DNA from: Terriglobia bacterium
GTDB taxonomy: Bacteria; Acidobacteriota; Terriglobia; 20CM-2-55-15
Length of the DNA stretch: 64,000 bases
NCBI GenBank assembly: GCA_965198225.1
Contig: CBDAOY010000009.1
Location: 1,056,001 to 1,120,000, forward strand
Direction: 5' to 3'
Below the pieces are notes generated by a model. It did no database searches and was not told the origin of the DNA. It was given only the letters and a program-made list of their open reading frames with translations. Below, one piece after another: positions 8,557 through 16,846 of this stretch. Every line of letters starts with the position of its first letter. The stretch's first letter is position 1. Made by a program: the position numbers and the translations under genes.

Positions 8557-10704
8557 TCAGTTGCTCGATATCCTGGACCCGTTCTTCAGGTGTCTGTCAA
8601 AGAATTCTTCGGCCCGTCTCCAGGCGTCACGCAGGACGAAGGCGCGGCGGAAGAAATGAATCTCGCCGGGATAGATGACCGTCTCGAAGTCTTTGCCCAG
8701 CTTCACCAGCTCGTCGATGACCATCAGCGAGTCATGGAAAGCGACGTTGCGGTCGTCGGTGCCGTGCATGATCATCAACGGTCGCTCCAGGTTCTCCATG
8801 TGCCGCACCGGCGCCGACACGTCGTAGCCCTCGGGGTTTTCTATAGGTGTCCCGAGTCGGGGAATCGTAAAGCCGCTCAGCCTCATCCCGCCGCCTCGGT
8901 TCGTCCAGTCCACGACCCCGGCCACGTTGATGCCGGCGCGCCAGAGCGTCGGATCGACCCAGAGAGCCTGTAGCGTGAGGAAGCCGCCATAGCTGAGACC
9001 CCAAACGCCGATACGGTCCGGATCGACGTAATCCAGCGTCTTGAGGTAGAGCGCGCCGGAAGCGACATCGGCGGTGTCGGTCACCCCGATGCTCATGTGG
9101 TGGCCCGTGGCCCAGTCGCGGCTGTATCCGGAGCTGCCACGGTAATCGGGCGTCAGGATGACATACCCCTGCTGCGCCAGGTACTGGTGCGCCGAGTAGT
9201 ACATGCGGTAGCTACCCGGATGCCATCCCAGATAGTTCTGGTCCGAGCCCGAGCCGTGAATCCAGACGATGGCGGGGTGTTTCTGGGTCCGGTCCAGGTC
9301 CTTGTGCACCATCAAGGCTGCGGGCACCATCTTCCCGTCGTGACGGCTGGGGAATTCGACGGCGACGGGCGGCGTGAGGTCGGCCCTGTCGAGCCCGGGG
9401 GGCATCGAATCGCTCAGGCGCACCGTCCGGGCTCCGGCTCGGGCCTCTACGCTGTAGAAATCGAGGGAATTCTCGACATCCGTCCGGTGATACAAGAGCT
9501 TCTCCCCGTCGGGGGAGAACTCGGGGTCGAAACTGTTGCCGCGCGCAGTGACTACGGGCTCGGTCTCGCCCGTCGCAATATCGATGATGCTGATGAATCG
9601 CTCCATCTGGTTGCCGACGGTGCCGTGATAGTAGGCGATCCGGTCGCCCTCGGGAGCCCAGTCGCCAAGAGCCGCCAGGTAGTCGCCGGAAGTCAGCTGC
9701 CGGGCCTGCGATTCGGAAGTCGCATTGACGGGCATGAGGTAAACGTGAATCCAGCCTGTCCGATCGCTGATGAACGCCACCGTTTCCCCGTCGGGCGAGA
9801 CAAGCACCTTTGAATTCCGACGCGTGGGAGAGAACCATCGCTCATCGTGGTCGCTCCAGATCGTGCGCCCGACGCCTCCGATGGATGCCACTTTGATGTC
9901 GCGCCTCTTCCCGTCGGGCGAAACTTCCTGGTAGAGGAGCGTTCCTTCTGCGGTGAATTGTGCGCCAGTCGTGGCTCCCATCGTCGGAATCCACGCGACA
10001 TCCCCTCCCTGAGCCGCGACGACTCCCAGCTTGCGCTCCGCAGGTGCGTTGACATAGGAGCGGATCCGCTCGCCGTTGAAGGGAAGAGGATATTGTTCCA
10101 TGCCGCCGCGGGACGCGGCGAAGGCCAGCCACCGGCCATCCCGGGAGAAAACCGGGGCCGAAGCCGTCAAGCCCTCCGGCAGGAACGTGAGCTGGCGCTG
10201 GGTTTTCGCACCGACGGATCCGAGCCAGAGCTGTCCGCGTCGCATGAACGCGATCTGTTTCCGGTCGTCGGAAAGCGTGAAGTTGGCTGCGTCGGCCAGG
10301 CCGGAAACATGTTCAGGTTCGGGTGATGCCGGCGAGACCCTCCATAGGCGACCACCCCTGGAAAACCAGATTTCCTCGCCCGAGACCCAGGCAAGGGCGC
10401 CCAGGTCGGAGGTGAGCAGGTCGGGATCCACCGGGAAGTCGGTCAACTGGACCGGTTTCTCACCCGGTGTGACGGCAAACAGATCCTGCTTCCCCGCGGC
10501 GTCCCACAGAAAAGCGACCTTCGTGCCGTCTGGCGACCAGGCCGGGCTGGATGGGAACTTGATTTCGGCGATGCTCTCGATCGTGATACTGCCGCCGGAG
10601 CTTTGAGCCGAAGCGATCGTTGCGACACCAAACAACATCACGGAGAAAACAAGGCATTTCTTCAAACTCATGAACCGGCTTCGAATCGCGTTCGTATCGA
10701 GCAT
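8557..10704 (-). CDS. S9-family (prolyl oligopeptidase/DPP-like) exported peptidase
   Basis: PD40-like propeller, GVWGLSYGG nucleophile, HGTDD and YPGEIH catalytic motifs; GGAGG RBS. Confidence 0.92.
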   Translation of the reverse strand: MLDTNAIRSRFMSLKKCLVFSVMLFGVATIASAQSSGGSITIESIAEIKFPSSPAWSPDGTKVAFLWDAAGKQDLFAVTPGEKPVQLTDFPVDPDLLTSDLGALAWVSGEEIWFSRGGRLWRVSPASPEPEHVSGLADAANFTLSDDRKQIAFMRRGQLWLGSVGAKTQRQLTFLPEGLTASAPVFSRDGRWLAFAASRGGMEQYPLPFNGERIRSYVNAPAERKLGVVAAQGGDVAWIPTMGATTGAQFTAEGTLLYQEVSPDGKRRDIKVASIGGVGRTIWSDHDERWFSPTRRNSKVLVSPDGETVAFISDRTGWIHVYLMPVNATSESQARQLTSGDYLAALGDWAPEGDRIAYYHGTVGNQMERFISIIDIATGETEPVVTARGNSFDPEFSPDGEKLLYHRTDVENSLDFYSVEARAGARTVRLSDSMPPGLDRADLTPPVAVEFPSRHDGKMVPAALMVHKDLDRTQKHPAIVWIHGSGSDQNYLGWHPGSYRMYYSAHQYLAQQGYVILTPDYRGSSGYSRDWATGHHMSIGVTDTADVASGALYLKTLDYVDPDRIGVWGLSYGGFLTLQALWVDPTLWRAGINVAGVVDWTNRGGGMRLSGFTIPRLGTPIENPEGYDVSAPVRHMENLERPLMIMHGTDDRNVAFHDSLMVIDELVKLGKDFETVIYPGEIHFFRRAFVLRDAWRRAEEFFDRHLKNGSRISSN

Positions 10705-10748
10705 CGGCGGATCCTCCAGGTTGGTTGGGTCGGTTTTCGGATTGGCGC

Positions 10749-10778
10749 ATTATAGGGTCGCCTTCCGAACGGGGTCAA
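10749..10778 (-). promoter_or_regulatory. Sigma70-type promoter for the S9 peptidase
   Basis: Minus strand TTGACC-N18-TATAAT about 45 bp upstream of the ATG. Confidence 0.65.
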
Positions 10779-10951
10779 TCAATCCAGAACACCATCGACT
10801 TGGATCTAGAACCAGATCGGGGACAGACCGACTGAAGAAGGAAATCGAGGATCTGGACGTTACAGGCCACTAGCAAGAAACGGTCGACGAGACGAGTGGC
10901 GCCAGCGCGTCGAAACACCGGAAAGCCTCGGAGCGTGGTACCACCTCGGCA

Positions 10952-10981
10952 TGATGAACTGTCCCTTCTGACAGTTCATCA
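10952..10981. repeat. Perfect 12-bp-stem inverted repeat
   Basis: TGATGAACTGTC-CCTTCT-GACAGTTCATCA, no U-tract on either side. Confidence 0.6.
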
Positions 10982-11055
10982 GTGCTTCACCGGCTGTTAT
11001 AAGAAGCGCCGCCCTTCTGGCGGCTAGAATGCATTTAGTTGGTTGGCCACGCGTG

Positions 11056-11075
11056 TATATCTAATATGGTATAGT
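11056..11075 (+). promoter_or_regulatory. Extended -10 promoter and probable operator of the TA operon
   Basis: TGgTATAGT at 11067-11075 overlapping the imperfect palindrome TATATC-N6-GGTATA; no RBS before ATG 11087. Confidence 0.55.
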
Positions 11076-11086
11076 CTAAATACAGT

Positions 11087-11377
11087 ATGTGGGAGATCTT
11101 CGAGCACCGAAGACTCGAGAGGCGTTTGGCACGGATGCCCAAAGAGATCCTGAAGCGATACGAGAAGTGGAAGGATATCGTTCGTTTCTCTGGTCCCGAG
11201 GGGCTTCGACTGATCAAGGGCTTCCACGACGAAGCGCTCGGAGGGACATGGAAGGGACAGCGATCGTCGAGACTCAACGAGCAACACCGTGTCATCTATA
11301 CGGTCGTGAAACGGAAGGTGCTGGTAGAAGTCATCGATGTAACGGCCCACGATTATAGGAGAAAGTCGGGAGATTGA
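11087..11377 (+). CDS. Type II TA toxin, RelE/HigB/YoeB-like mRNA interferase
   Basis: 96 aa basic protein; HDEALGGTWKGQRSSRLNEQHRVIY and HDY motifs; upstream of an HTH gene. Confidence 0.85.
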   Translation: MWEIFEHRRLERRLARMPKEILKRYEKWKDIVRFSGPEGLRLIKGFHDEALGGTWKGQRSSRLNEQHRVIYTVVKRKVLVEVIDVTAHDYRRKSGD

Positions 11378-11378
11378 T

Positions 11379-11690
11379 GTGAAAGATTTCCGGCCGGCGA
11401 AGACAAGAATCGAAGTCTCAGTAGGTGAATCCGTCCGGATCATCAGGGAACTGCAGGAGTGGAGCCAGAACCAGCTTGCGGAGCTCACCGGGATTCCTCA
11501 GTCCACGATCTCCGCCATCGAGAACGACCGGATCCGGCTGGGGGTCGAACGTGCGAAAGTGATGGCCCGAGCTTTGAAATGTCATCCGGCAGTTCTGGTT
11601 TTCCCCGGATGGGAGGTCGGGGACAGGTCGGAACGTACGACTCGCCTGCCGGCCCGAAAGGGGGCCGATGTGAGGGGGACAGGCGTATAG
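11379..11690 (+). CDS. Type II TA antitoxin, HigA-like Xre HTH
   Basis: SQNQLAELTGIPQSTISAIEN helix-turn-helix; 1 bp after the toxin stop. Confidence 0.85.
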   Translation: MKDFRPAKTRIEVSVGESVRIIRELQEWSQNQLAELTGIPQSTISAIENDRIRLGVERAKVMARALKCHPAVLVFPGWEVGDRSERTTRLPARKGADVRGTGV

Positions 11691-11809
11691 CCTCGTCCCC
11701 GGTTTCTTCCTCGTGACATGCCAACCAATAGACCAATGTCGGGTCGGTCTCCCTGTGGGATGATCGACCGGACGAACACTCCATTCGACGAAGAAAACAG
11801 GAGGAGAAC

Positions 11810-12805
11810 ATGACTCGAAGATTCGCATTCGTGTTGCTTGTCGTCGCCCCGTTTGCCGGTTTGGCACACGCTCAGGACTTCGATCCGGACGAGATGGCGA
11901 CGTTTTCGATCGTCGCACGGGATCCGATGACGGGAGAGCTCGGCGAGTGCGTTACCTCAAAAGCGCTGGCCGGCGGCGACGGTGGACTGACCGTCAAAGG
12001 CGGTGTCGGGGTGATCGCCCACCAAGCATCCAGGAGCCCGATGTACGGAAAACTGGGAATCATGCTGCTCGAGATGGGGATGAGCCCCACCGAGGCCCTG
12101 GAGATCATTCAGCGTACCGACGAGACTCCGGAGCGCCGGCAGATCGGCATCATCGACATCGAAGGACGTACTGCCGTCTATACGAACGGGGGCGCTTCGA
12201 GTGGCCCTCCAGGTCGGTGGCGCGGACACCGTTGCGGTATCGATTACTGTGCGCAGGGTAACAGCCTGACCGGACCTGAAGTGATCGAGGCCGTCGCGAA
12301 TTCCTTCGAGTCGTCCACCGGCCCTCTGGCAGAGCGGCTCATGGCGGCTATCGATGCGGGACAAGCCGCCGGTGGCGACGCTCGGGGCAAGCAGACGGCG
12401 GTCCTGATCGTGGCCAAGCCCATGGCCTCGCGCGGCGGGTGGAGCGATCGGGTCGTCGACTTTCGCGTGGACGATCACCCCGAGCCCATGGGCGAGCTGC
12501 GACGGATCTACAACAACAAGGTGTCGGGAGACATGATCCGTAGTGGGAACTCCCGCCTCAACGACGGGGACCTGGCCGGCGGGCTCGGGGTTCTGATCGG
12601 CGCGACCGAGCTGTCTCCGGATAACGACAACGCGTGGGTCGCCGTGGCGAGCGGTTACCTACGCAACGATCGCAAGGAAGAGGCGCTCGATGCTTTGCGC
12701 CGGGCGATAGAGCTGAACCCGAACAACGGTATCCGACTGCCGAGCAACCCGAATTTTCAATCGATTGTCGACGACCCGGACTTTCTAAGGATCGTCGGGA
12801 ACTGA
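11810..12805 (+). CDS. Exported DUF1028-family protein with C-terminal TPR
   Basis: GGAGGAG RBS, signal peptide, TFSIVARD, QGNSL, GGDARG and RVDDHPEP motifs, TPR helices. Confidence 0.85.
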   Translation: MTRRFAFVLLVVAPFAGLAHAQDFDPDEMATFSIVARDPMTGELGECVTSKALAGGDGGLTVKGGVGVIAHQASRSPMYGKLGIMLLEMGMSPTEALEIIQRTDETPERRQIGIIDIEGRTAVYTNGGASSGPPGRWRGHRCGIDYCAQGNSLTGPEVIEAVANSFESSTGPLAERLMAAIDAGQAAGGDARGKQTAVLIVAKPMASRGGWSDRVVDFRVDDHPEPMGELRRIYNNKVSGDMIRSGNSRLNDGDLAGGLGVLIGATELSPDNDNAWVAVASGYLRNDRKEEALDALRRAIELNPNNGIRLPSNPNFQSIVDDPDFLRIVGN

Positions 12806-12848
12806 TCCGTTCTTTCAGCACGATAAGGGATAGCCCGCTTGCACGGGG

Positions 12849-15800
12849 TCAATTCGGCTCTCCTGGAGAATACATGCTGGCAATCGGATGTCCCGGAGAC
12901 AGCGTAAGGACCTTCCGGTACCATTCCTCGGCCTCGTCTGGATTCCCGGATTGCCGCAGCGCCTCGGCGACTCCGAGAAAGCCCTGGACATTCTCCGGAT
13001 CGATGTCGATTGCACGTTCGAACTGGTCCAGCGCCTCCTCGTGGCGGCCACGCTCGACTAGGAAGAGGCCGTAGTTGTTGAGCGAAATCGCGTCGGATGG
13101 ATCCGCATCGATGACGTCGCGAAACTCGGCTGCAGCCCGGTCATGCTGGAGGGTTAACGAATAGAGGACGGCGAGCAGGTTGCGGGCGCGCATGTTACCC
13201 GGATCGATCTCGATAGACCGGCCTATGATTTCGATCGCCTCATCGTAGAGGCCCTGGTATTGCCGCATCGTCGCAAGATGGAAGAGTCCCCGAGCATCTT
13301 CAGGCTCGAGGGCCAGCAGGCGGTCGAGTACTCCGGCGAGCTCAAGGCTGCCCTCCGAGGCAAGCACGTCCGAGAGTTGCACCAGTACCTCGACGTTTCC
13401 CGGGTCATTCTCGAGGACTCTCTCCAGCAATTCCACCGCCCGGCGGTGTTCCTGCCCGCGCATGTAGTGTTCGGCCGCCGCCGACAGGACCTCAGGCTCC
13501 GGGTAATCGTCGACCATCTCTTCGACGAAGGTCGTCACTCGATCACGGGTTCGGCCCCGCCCGGTTTGAATGAGCCCACTCCACGCTTCCTCGTCCTTGG
13601 GGTCCAACTCCAAGGCAAGCTGGAACTGATCGGCGGCCAGTTCGTAGCTTCCGGCGAAGAGCAGCATCTCGCCCTTGCGGCGGTGGTTCGCCGCCGTGGG
13701 TGCTGCCTTGACGCGTTCGACAAAGGACGGCGTCGGCATTCGAGGCTCCACGGCATGGACCGCCTGCAGATTCTCGTCGGTCGTGTTCGCGTATATGAAC
13801 TGAGGGGCCCGAAATTCCAGGACGGGAAAATCATCCGTGTTCATCACCGCGTCGCCCGCGAACCGGTCGAGATCGTCATCGGCGATCATGAACATCGAAA
13901 GGATGCTGTACAAGTCCTGCACGTCAACACCTTCAAGATCGGACCGGACCCGTTCGTAGTTGGCGCGGACGACGGCTTCGGAGACCTCGATCGGCGAAGG
14001 AGAACCGAGCAGCAGGAAGTCGCTGTCGTTGAGTGCCCACAGTGAGGCGTGGGGAAAGGCCGATCGGAAGGACCGAACGATCGTTCGCAGGTCCTCTGTC
14101 GACATATTGTAGCTATGCACCCACTGGCAATGGATCCCATGCTCCGACAGTCGCTCGCGAACTTCTTCGAAGAACTCGCGGGTGAAAAGCGAAGCCATTC
14201 CCGACATCCAGGGGTTGGAAGGCTCAGAGATACTGACGTCGTACACCGTGGTCGTGTAGCGTAGATGATTTCGACCATCCCCGATGATCACCTCGACGCG
14301 AGGATCCTCCAGGGCACGATGGTTCACATGCTCGAAGAAGCGCGAGGCCTCGATCACCTCGGGCGAGATCTCGATGACGTCCAGCTTCTCGATCGGATGC
14401 TGGAGCGCCGCTCCCGCGGTAACTCCACTCCCAAAGCCGATGTTGGCGACGGTAAGCGCTTGGTCGCTGAGAAGCAGCGGTAGATGGCCCAGCATTTTCT
14501 GCGTCAGCATGTCTCCGGAATCGGTCGCATCCACCTTCCCATCCACGGCGAGCGTCGTGCTACCGCCATTGCGCTTGACCGACACTGTCGTCGTTGTGCC
14601 CTCCCTGAAATACAGAAGGTCGCCGCTCTTCAGGACGGATTCCAGGTCGAGGTTCGAAGCGTAGTAGGGTGCGTATTTGTAGGCGCCCGACGCCATCAAC
14701 TCGGGATCCCAGCGCGGCACCAACCAGATAGCCGGAATCAGGGCCAGAACGGCAACCGGACCCGCCAAAGCTGTCCGCGGAATCACTGGTTTCTCTGCCG
14801 ACAACGTCAGAGCCACCCCGACCAGCACGCTCAACGCCGCCGCCAGAACGAGCGTGTACTGGGTCCCGATCGCGGGTACGAGCAGAAAACCGGCCGCGAG
14901 GGACCCAAGGATGCCGCCCGCAGTGTTGAATGCGTAGACGGCGGACACTTCCGTGCCGAGCAGAGAATCTGACCGGGCATAAAGCTTCGACGCAATCGGA
15001 AACGTCATCCCGAGTAGCGTCGTCGGGACCAGCATGATCGCGAAGAAGAGCAGAAACTCCGCAGCCTGGATGGCTCTGAAGGATTCCACGTACCGGGTGA
15101 CGAGCCCGCCTATCCAGACCGGCAGCTCACCGAACAGGGGTACCAGGGCGAGAGAAGAAAAGCCAACCCCGATCTCGATCCAACCAAACCCACCGACTGT
15201 CGTCTCCCCGCGCGCGGTCCATTTGGAACCGAGCCAGGCCCCCAGTCCCAGGCCGGCGATCATGGCCGCCAGCATCAGCGTAAATGCGTATGTGGTCGGC
15301 CCGACGATCAGACTGAGGACGCGAGTCCATGCGACTTCGTTGGCGAGCGCCGCGAGACCGGAAAGGAGCATCGCAAACAGAACGATCCTCGGTCCCGCAA
15401 GAGCCGGGCCGGGATCTTCTCCCGTCGTCGATGGCGCATCGGCCGTCCGTGCCAGGCGCCACGACACTCCTGCGATCAGCAGATTAAGTACGGCCGCAAA
15501 CGCCAGAGCAGCCCAGACCCCAAAGGTCGGTATGAGCAGGAACCCAGCCGCAACCGTGCCCAAAGCCGCCCCCCACGTGTTCGCCGTGTAGACCCGGCCG
15601 GCATGCAGTCCGATGGTCTCGATGTTCTCGGTGTAGTAGCGGATCAGGATGGGCAGGGTCCCGCCCATCAGGGTCGCCGGAACGATCAGGAGGGTGAACG
15701 AAACCAGCAGCCGGCCAAGGCTCAGCAGCGCGAACGAATCGTAGGCCGATCCATAGAGAGCGCCAAACACAGGATCGGCGAGGCCGAGCATCAGGGGCAG

Positions 15801-16061
15801 TAGAAGGTTGTAGATACCGATCCCGGCTTCGAGAGCCGCATACGTTTTCACCAGCGGAACGGGCCGTGTGTCGATCAACCGGCCGAACAGGCGGCTCCCC
15901 AGGGCGAGGCCCGCCATGAAGACGGCCAGCACGACGCTGACGGAAAAGACGGTGTTACCGATGATGGGTGTGAATAGACGAACCCAGACGATCTGGTAGA
16001 TCAGGCCGCAGGCGCCGGAAACGAAGAATAGGAGCAAGAAAATGGAGGACCGCCGGTTCAC
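12849..16061 (-). CDS. Fused MFS-like membrane domain / spermidine-synthase-like SAM domain / TPR protein
   Basis: SGACGLIYQIVWVR multi-TM N-terminus, IGFGSGVT, EISPEV, DGRNHL and SEPSNPW motifs, C-terminal TPRs. Confidence 0.9.
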   Translation of the reverse strand: MNRRSSIFLLLFFVSGACGLIYQIVWVRLFTPIIGNTVFSVSVVLAVFMAGLALGSRLFGRLIDTRPVPLVKTYAALEAGIGIYNLLLPLMLGLADPVFGALYGSAYDSFALLSLGRLLVSFTLLIVPATLMGGTLPILIRYYTENIETIGLHAGRVYTANTWGAALGTVAAGFLLIPTFGVWAALAFAAVLNLLIAGVSWRLARTADAPSTTGEDPGPALAGPRIVLFAMLLSGLAALANEVAWTRVLSLIVGPTTYAFTLMLAAMIAGLGLGAWLGSKWTARGETTVGGFGWIEIGVGFSSLALVPLFGELPVWIGGLVTRYVESFRAIQAAEFLLFFAIMLVPTTLLGMTFPIASKLYARSDSLLGTEVSAVYAFNTAGGILGSLAAGFLLVPAIGTQYTLVLAAALSVLVGVALTLSAEKPVIPRTALAGPVAVLALIPAIWLVPRWDPELMASGAYKYAPYYASNLDLESVLKSGDLLYFREGTTTTVSVKRNGGSTTLAVDGKVDATDSGDMLTQKMLGHLPLLLSDQALTVANIGFGSGVTAGAALQHPIEKLDVIEISPEVIEASRFFEHVNHRALEDPRVEVIIGDGRNHLRYTTTVYDVSISEPSNPWMSGMASLFTREFFEEVRERLSEHGIHCQWVHSYNMSTEDLRTIVRSFRSAFPHASLWALNDSDFLLLGSPSPIEVSEAVVRANYERVRSDLEGVDVQDLYSILSMFMIADDDLDRFAGDAVMNTDDFPVLEFRAPQFIYANTTDENLQAVHAVEPRMPTPSFVERVKAAPTAANHRRKGEMLLFAGSYELAADQFQLALELDPKDEEAWSGLIQTGRGRTRDRVTTFVEEMVDDYPEPEVLSAAAEHYMRGQEHRRAVELLERVLENDPGNVEVLVQLSDVLASEGSLELAGVLDRLLALEPEDARGLFHLATMRQYQGLYDEAIEIIGRSIEIDPGNMRARNLLAVLYSLTLQHDRAAAEFRDVIDADPSDAISLNNYGLFLVERGRHEEALDQFERAIDIDPENVQGFLGVAEALRQSGNPDEAEEWYRKVLTLSPGHPIASMYSPGEPN

Positions 16062-16067
16062 GGTACA

Positions 16068-16076
16068 AGTCTAGCA
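16068..16076 (-). promoter_or_regulatory. Hybrid extended -10 element (MITE end plus flank)
   Basis: Minus strand TGcTAGACT, 6 nt before the GTG start at 16061; no Shine-Dalgarno. Confidence 0.5.
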
Positions 16077-16347
16077 GCCCGTGGCAGAACTCTGCAGGGC
16101 CGCGTTACGGCCAAACGGGGCCGGATTCTAGGAGGCGAGGACGAACCAATGCTCATTCACTGGGAGGAGTCGGCGACAACGAAGACGGCCCCGTTTCGCC
16201 GTAACCCGAAGGGCGCAGGGGGGTTCGGGCCGCAGGCTTTGTCACTTGTCGGTCACGATGAATGATCATCGCTCCGCTCCTCGCTTCGCGCCCGCAACCC
16301 GAAGACCCCTGCGCGCGACCCTGCAGAGTTCTGCCACGGGCTGCTAG
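16071..16347. mobile_element. MITE-like non-autonomous element, 277 bp
   Basis: Terminal inverted repeats CTAGCAGCCCGTGGCAGAACTCTGCAGGG (29 bp perfect, 33/34 overall), CTAG at both ends, two internal long hairpins, no credible ORF. Confidence 0.8.
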
Positions 16348-16416
16348 CGCGGACAGAGGCGCCGATCGGATTCGAAAGCTCCGAATACTTACTAAGAAAT
16401 TCGGGGTGGAGGGACA

Positions 16417-16539
16417 TTGCAGGTTGCAGATTGGAAATTGCTTTATTTCAGATCTACAGGATCAGGCCTTCAGTGGGTCATCGCCATCCGTCAGTCGGAG
16501 CTCCGATCAATAACAAATAGAGCAATCTCCAATCTCCAA
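16417..16539. repeat. Inverted pair of heptamer arrays
   Basis: TTGCAGG TTGCAGA TTGGAAA TTGCTTT ... AGAGCAA TCTCCAA TCTCCAA. Confidence 0.55.
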
Positions 16540-16678
16540 ACCATGGCTCCAATGGATTGATCCTTTTGTTTTTCGGAAATCATCTGAACAGAGGAATCCG
16601 CGGACGTATTTGCGAAACGCGATCATCCGACTGCAGGCTTCCATTTCTTGTGAAAATTGGTTGCTGTCAAGGTTGGTT

Positions 16679-16700
16679 CCACGTAACATCCACGTAACAT
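16679..16700. promoter_or_regulatory. Perfect 11-bp tandem direct repeat, candidate OmpR/PhoB-family box
   Basis: CCACGTAACAT x2, about 150 bp upstream of the TonB receptor start. Confidence 0.5.
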
Positions 16701-16846
16701 AAAGACAGGTGCCTGGCACGTACAAGTCCGAATTAGGTGGGTAACAGCCACGTCCACAGGATTTCGGAACGTGGTTCCCGTGGAGTGGACGGTGGGGCAT
16801 CCGGCTTTCTCATCTGTGGATGGGTACTTTTTAAATGGAGGCAAAT

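Noticed and set aside
10755-10768. 14-bp match GGGTCGCCTTCCGA to the reverse complement of 55169-55182
   Set aside because: Several matches of this length are expected by chance in 64 kb of GC-rich DNA, and there is no flanking similarity
10670-10873. 67-aa ORF near the TA module
   Set aside because: Overlaps the S9 gene start and its promoter on the opposite strand; no RBS or recognisable motif
16714-16730. TGGCAC as a sigma54 -24 box
   Set aside because: No TTGC at the -12 position (reads AGTC)
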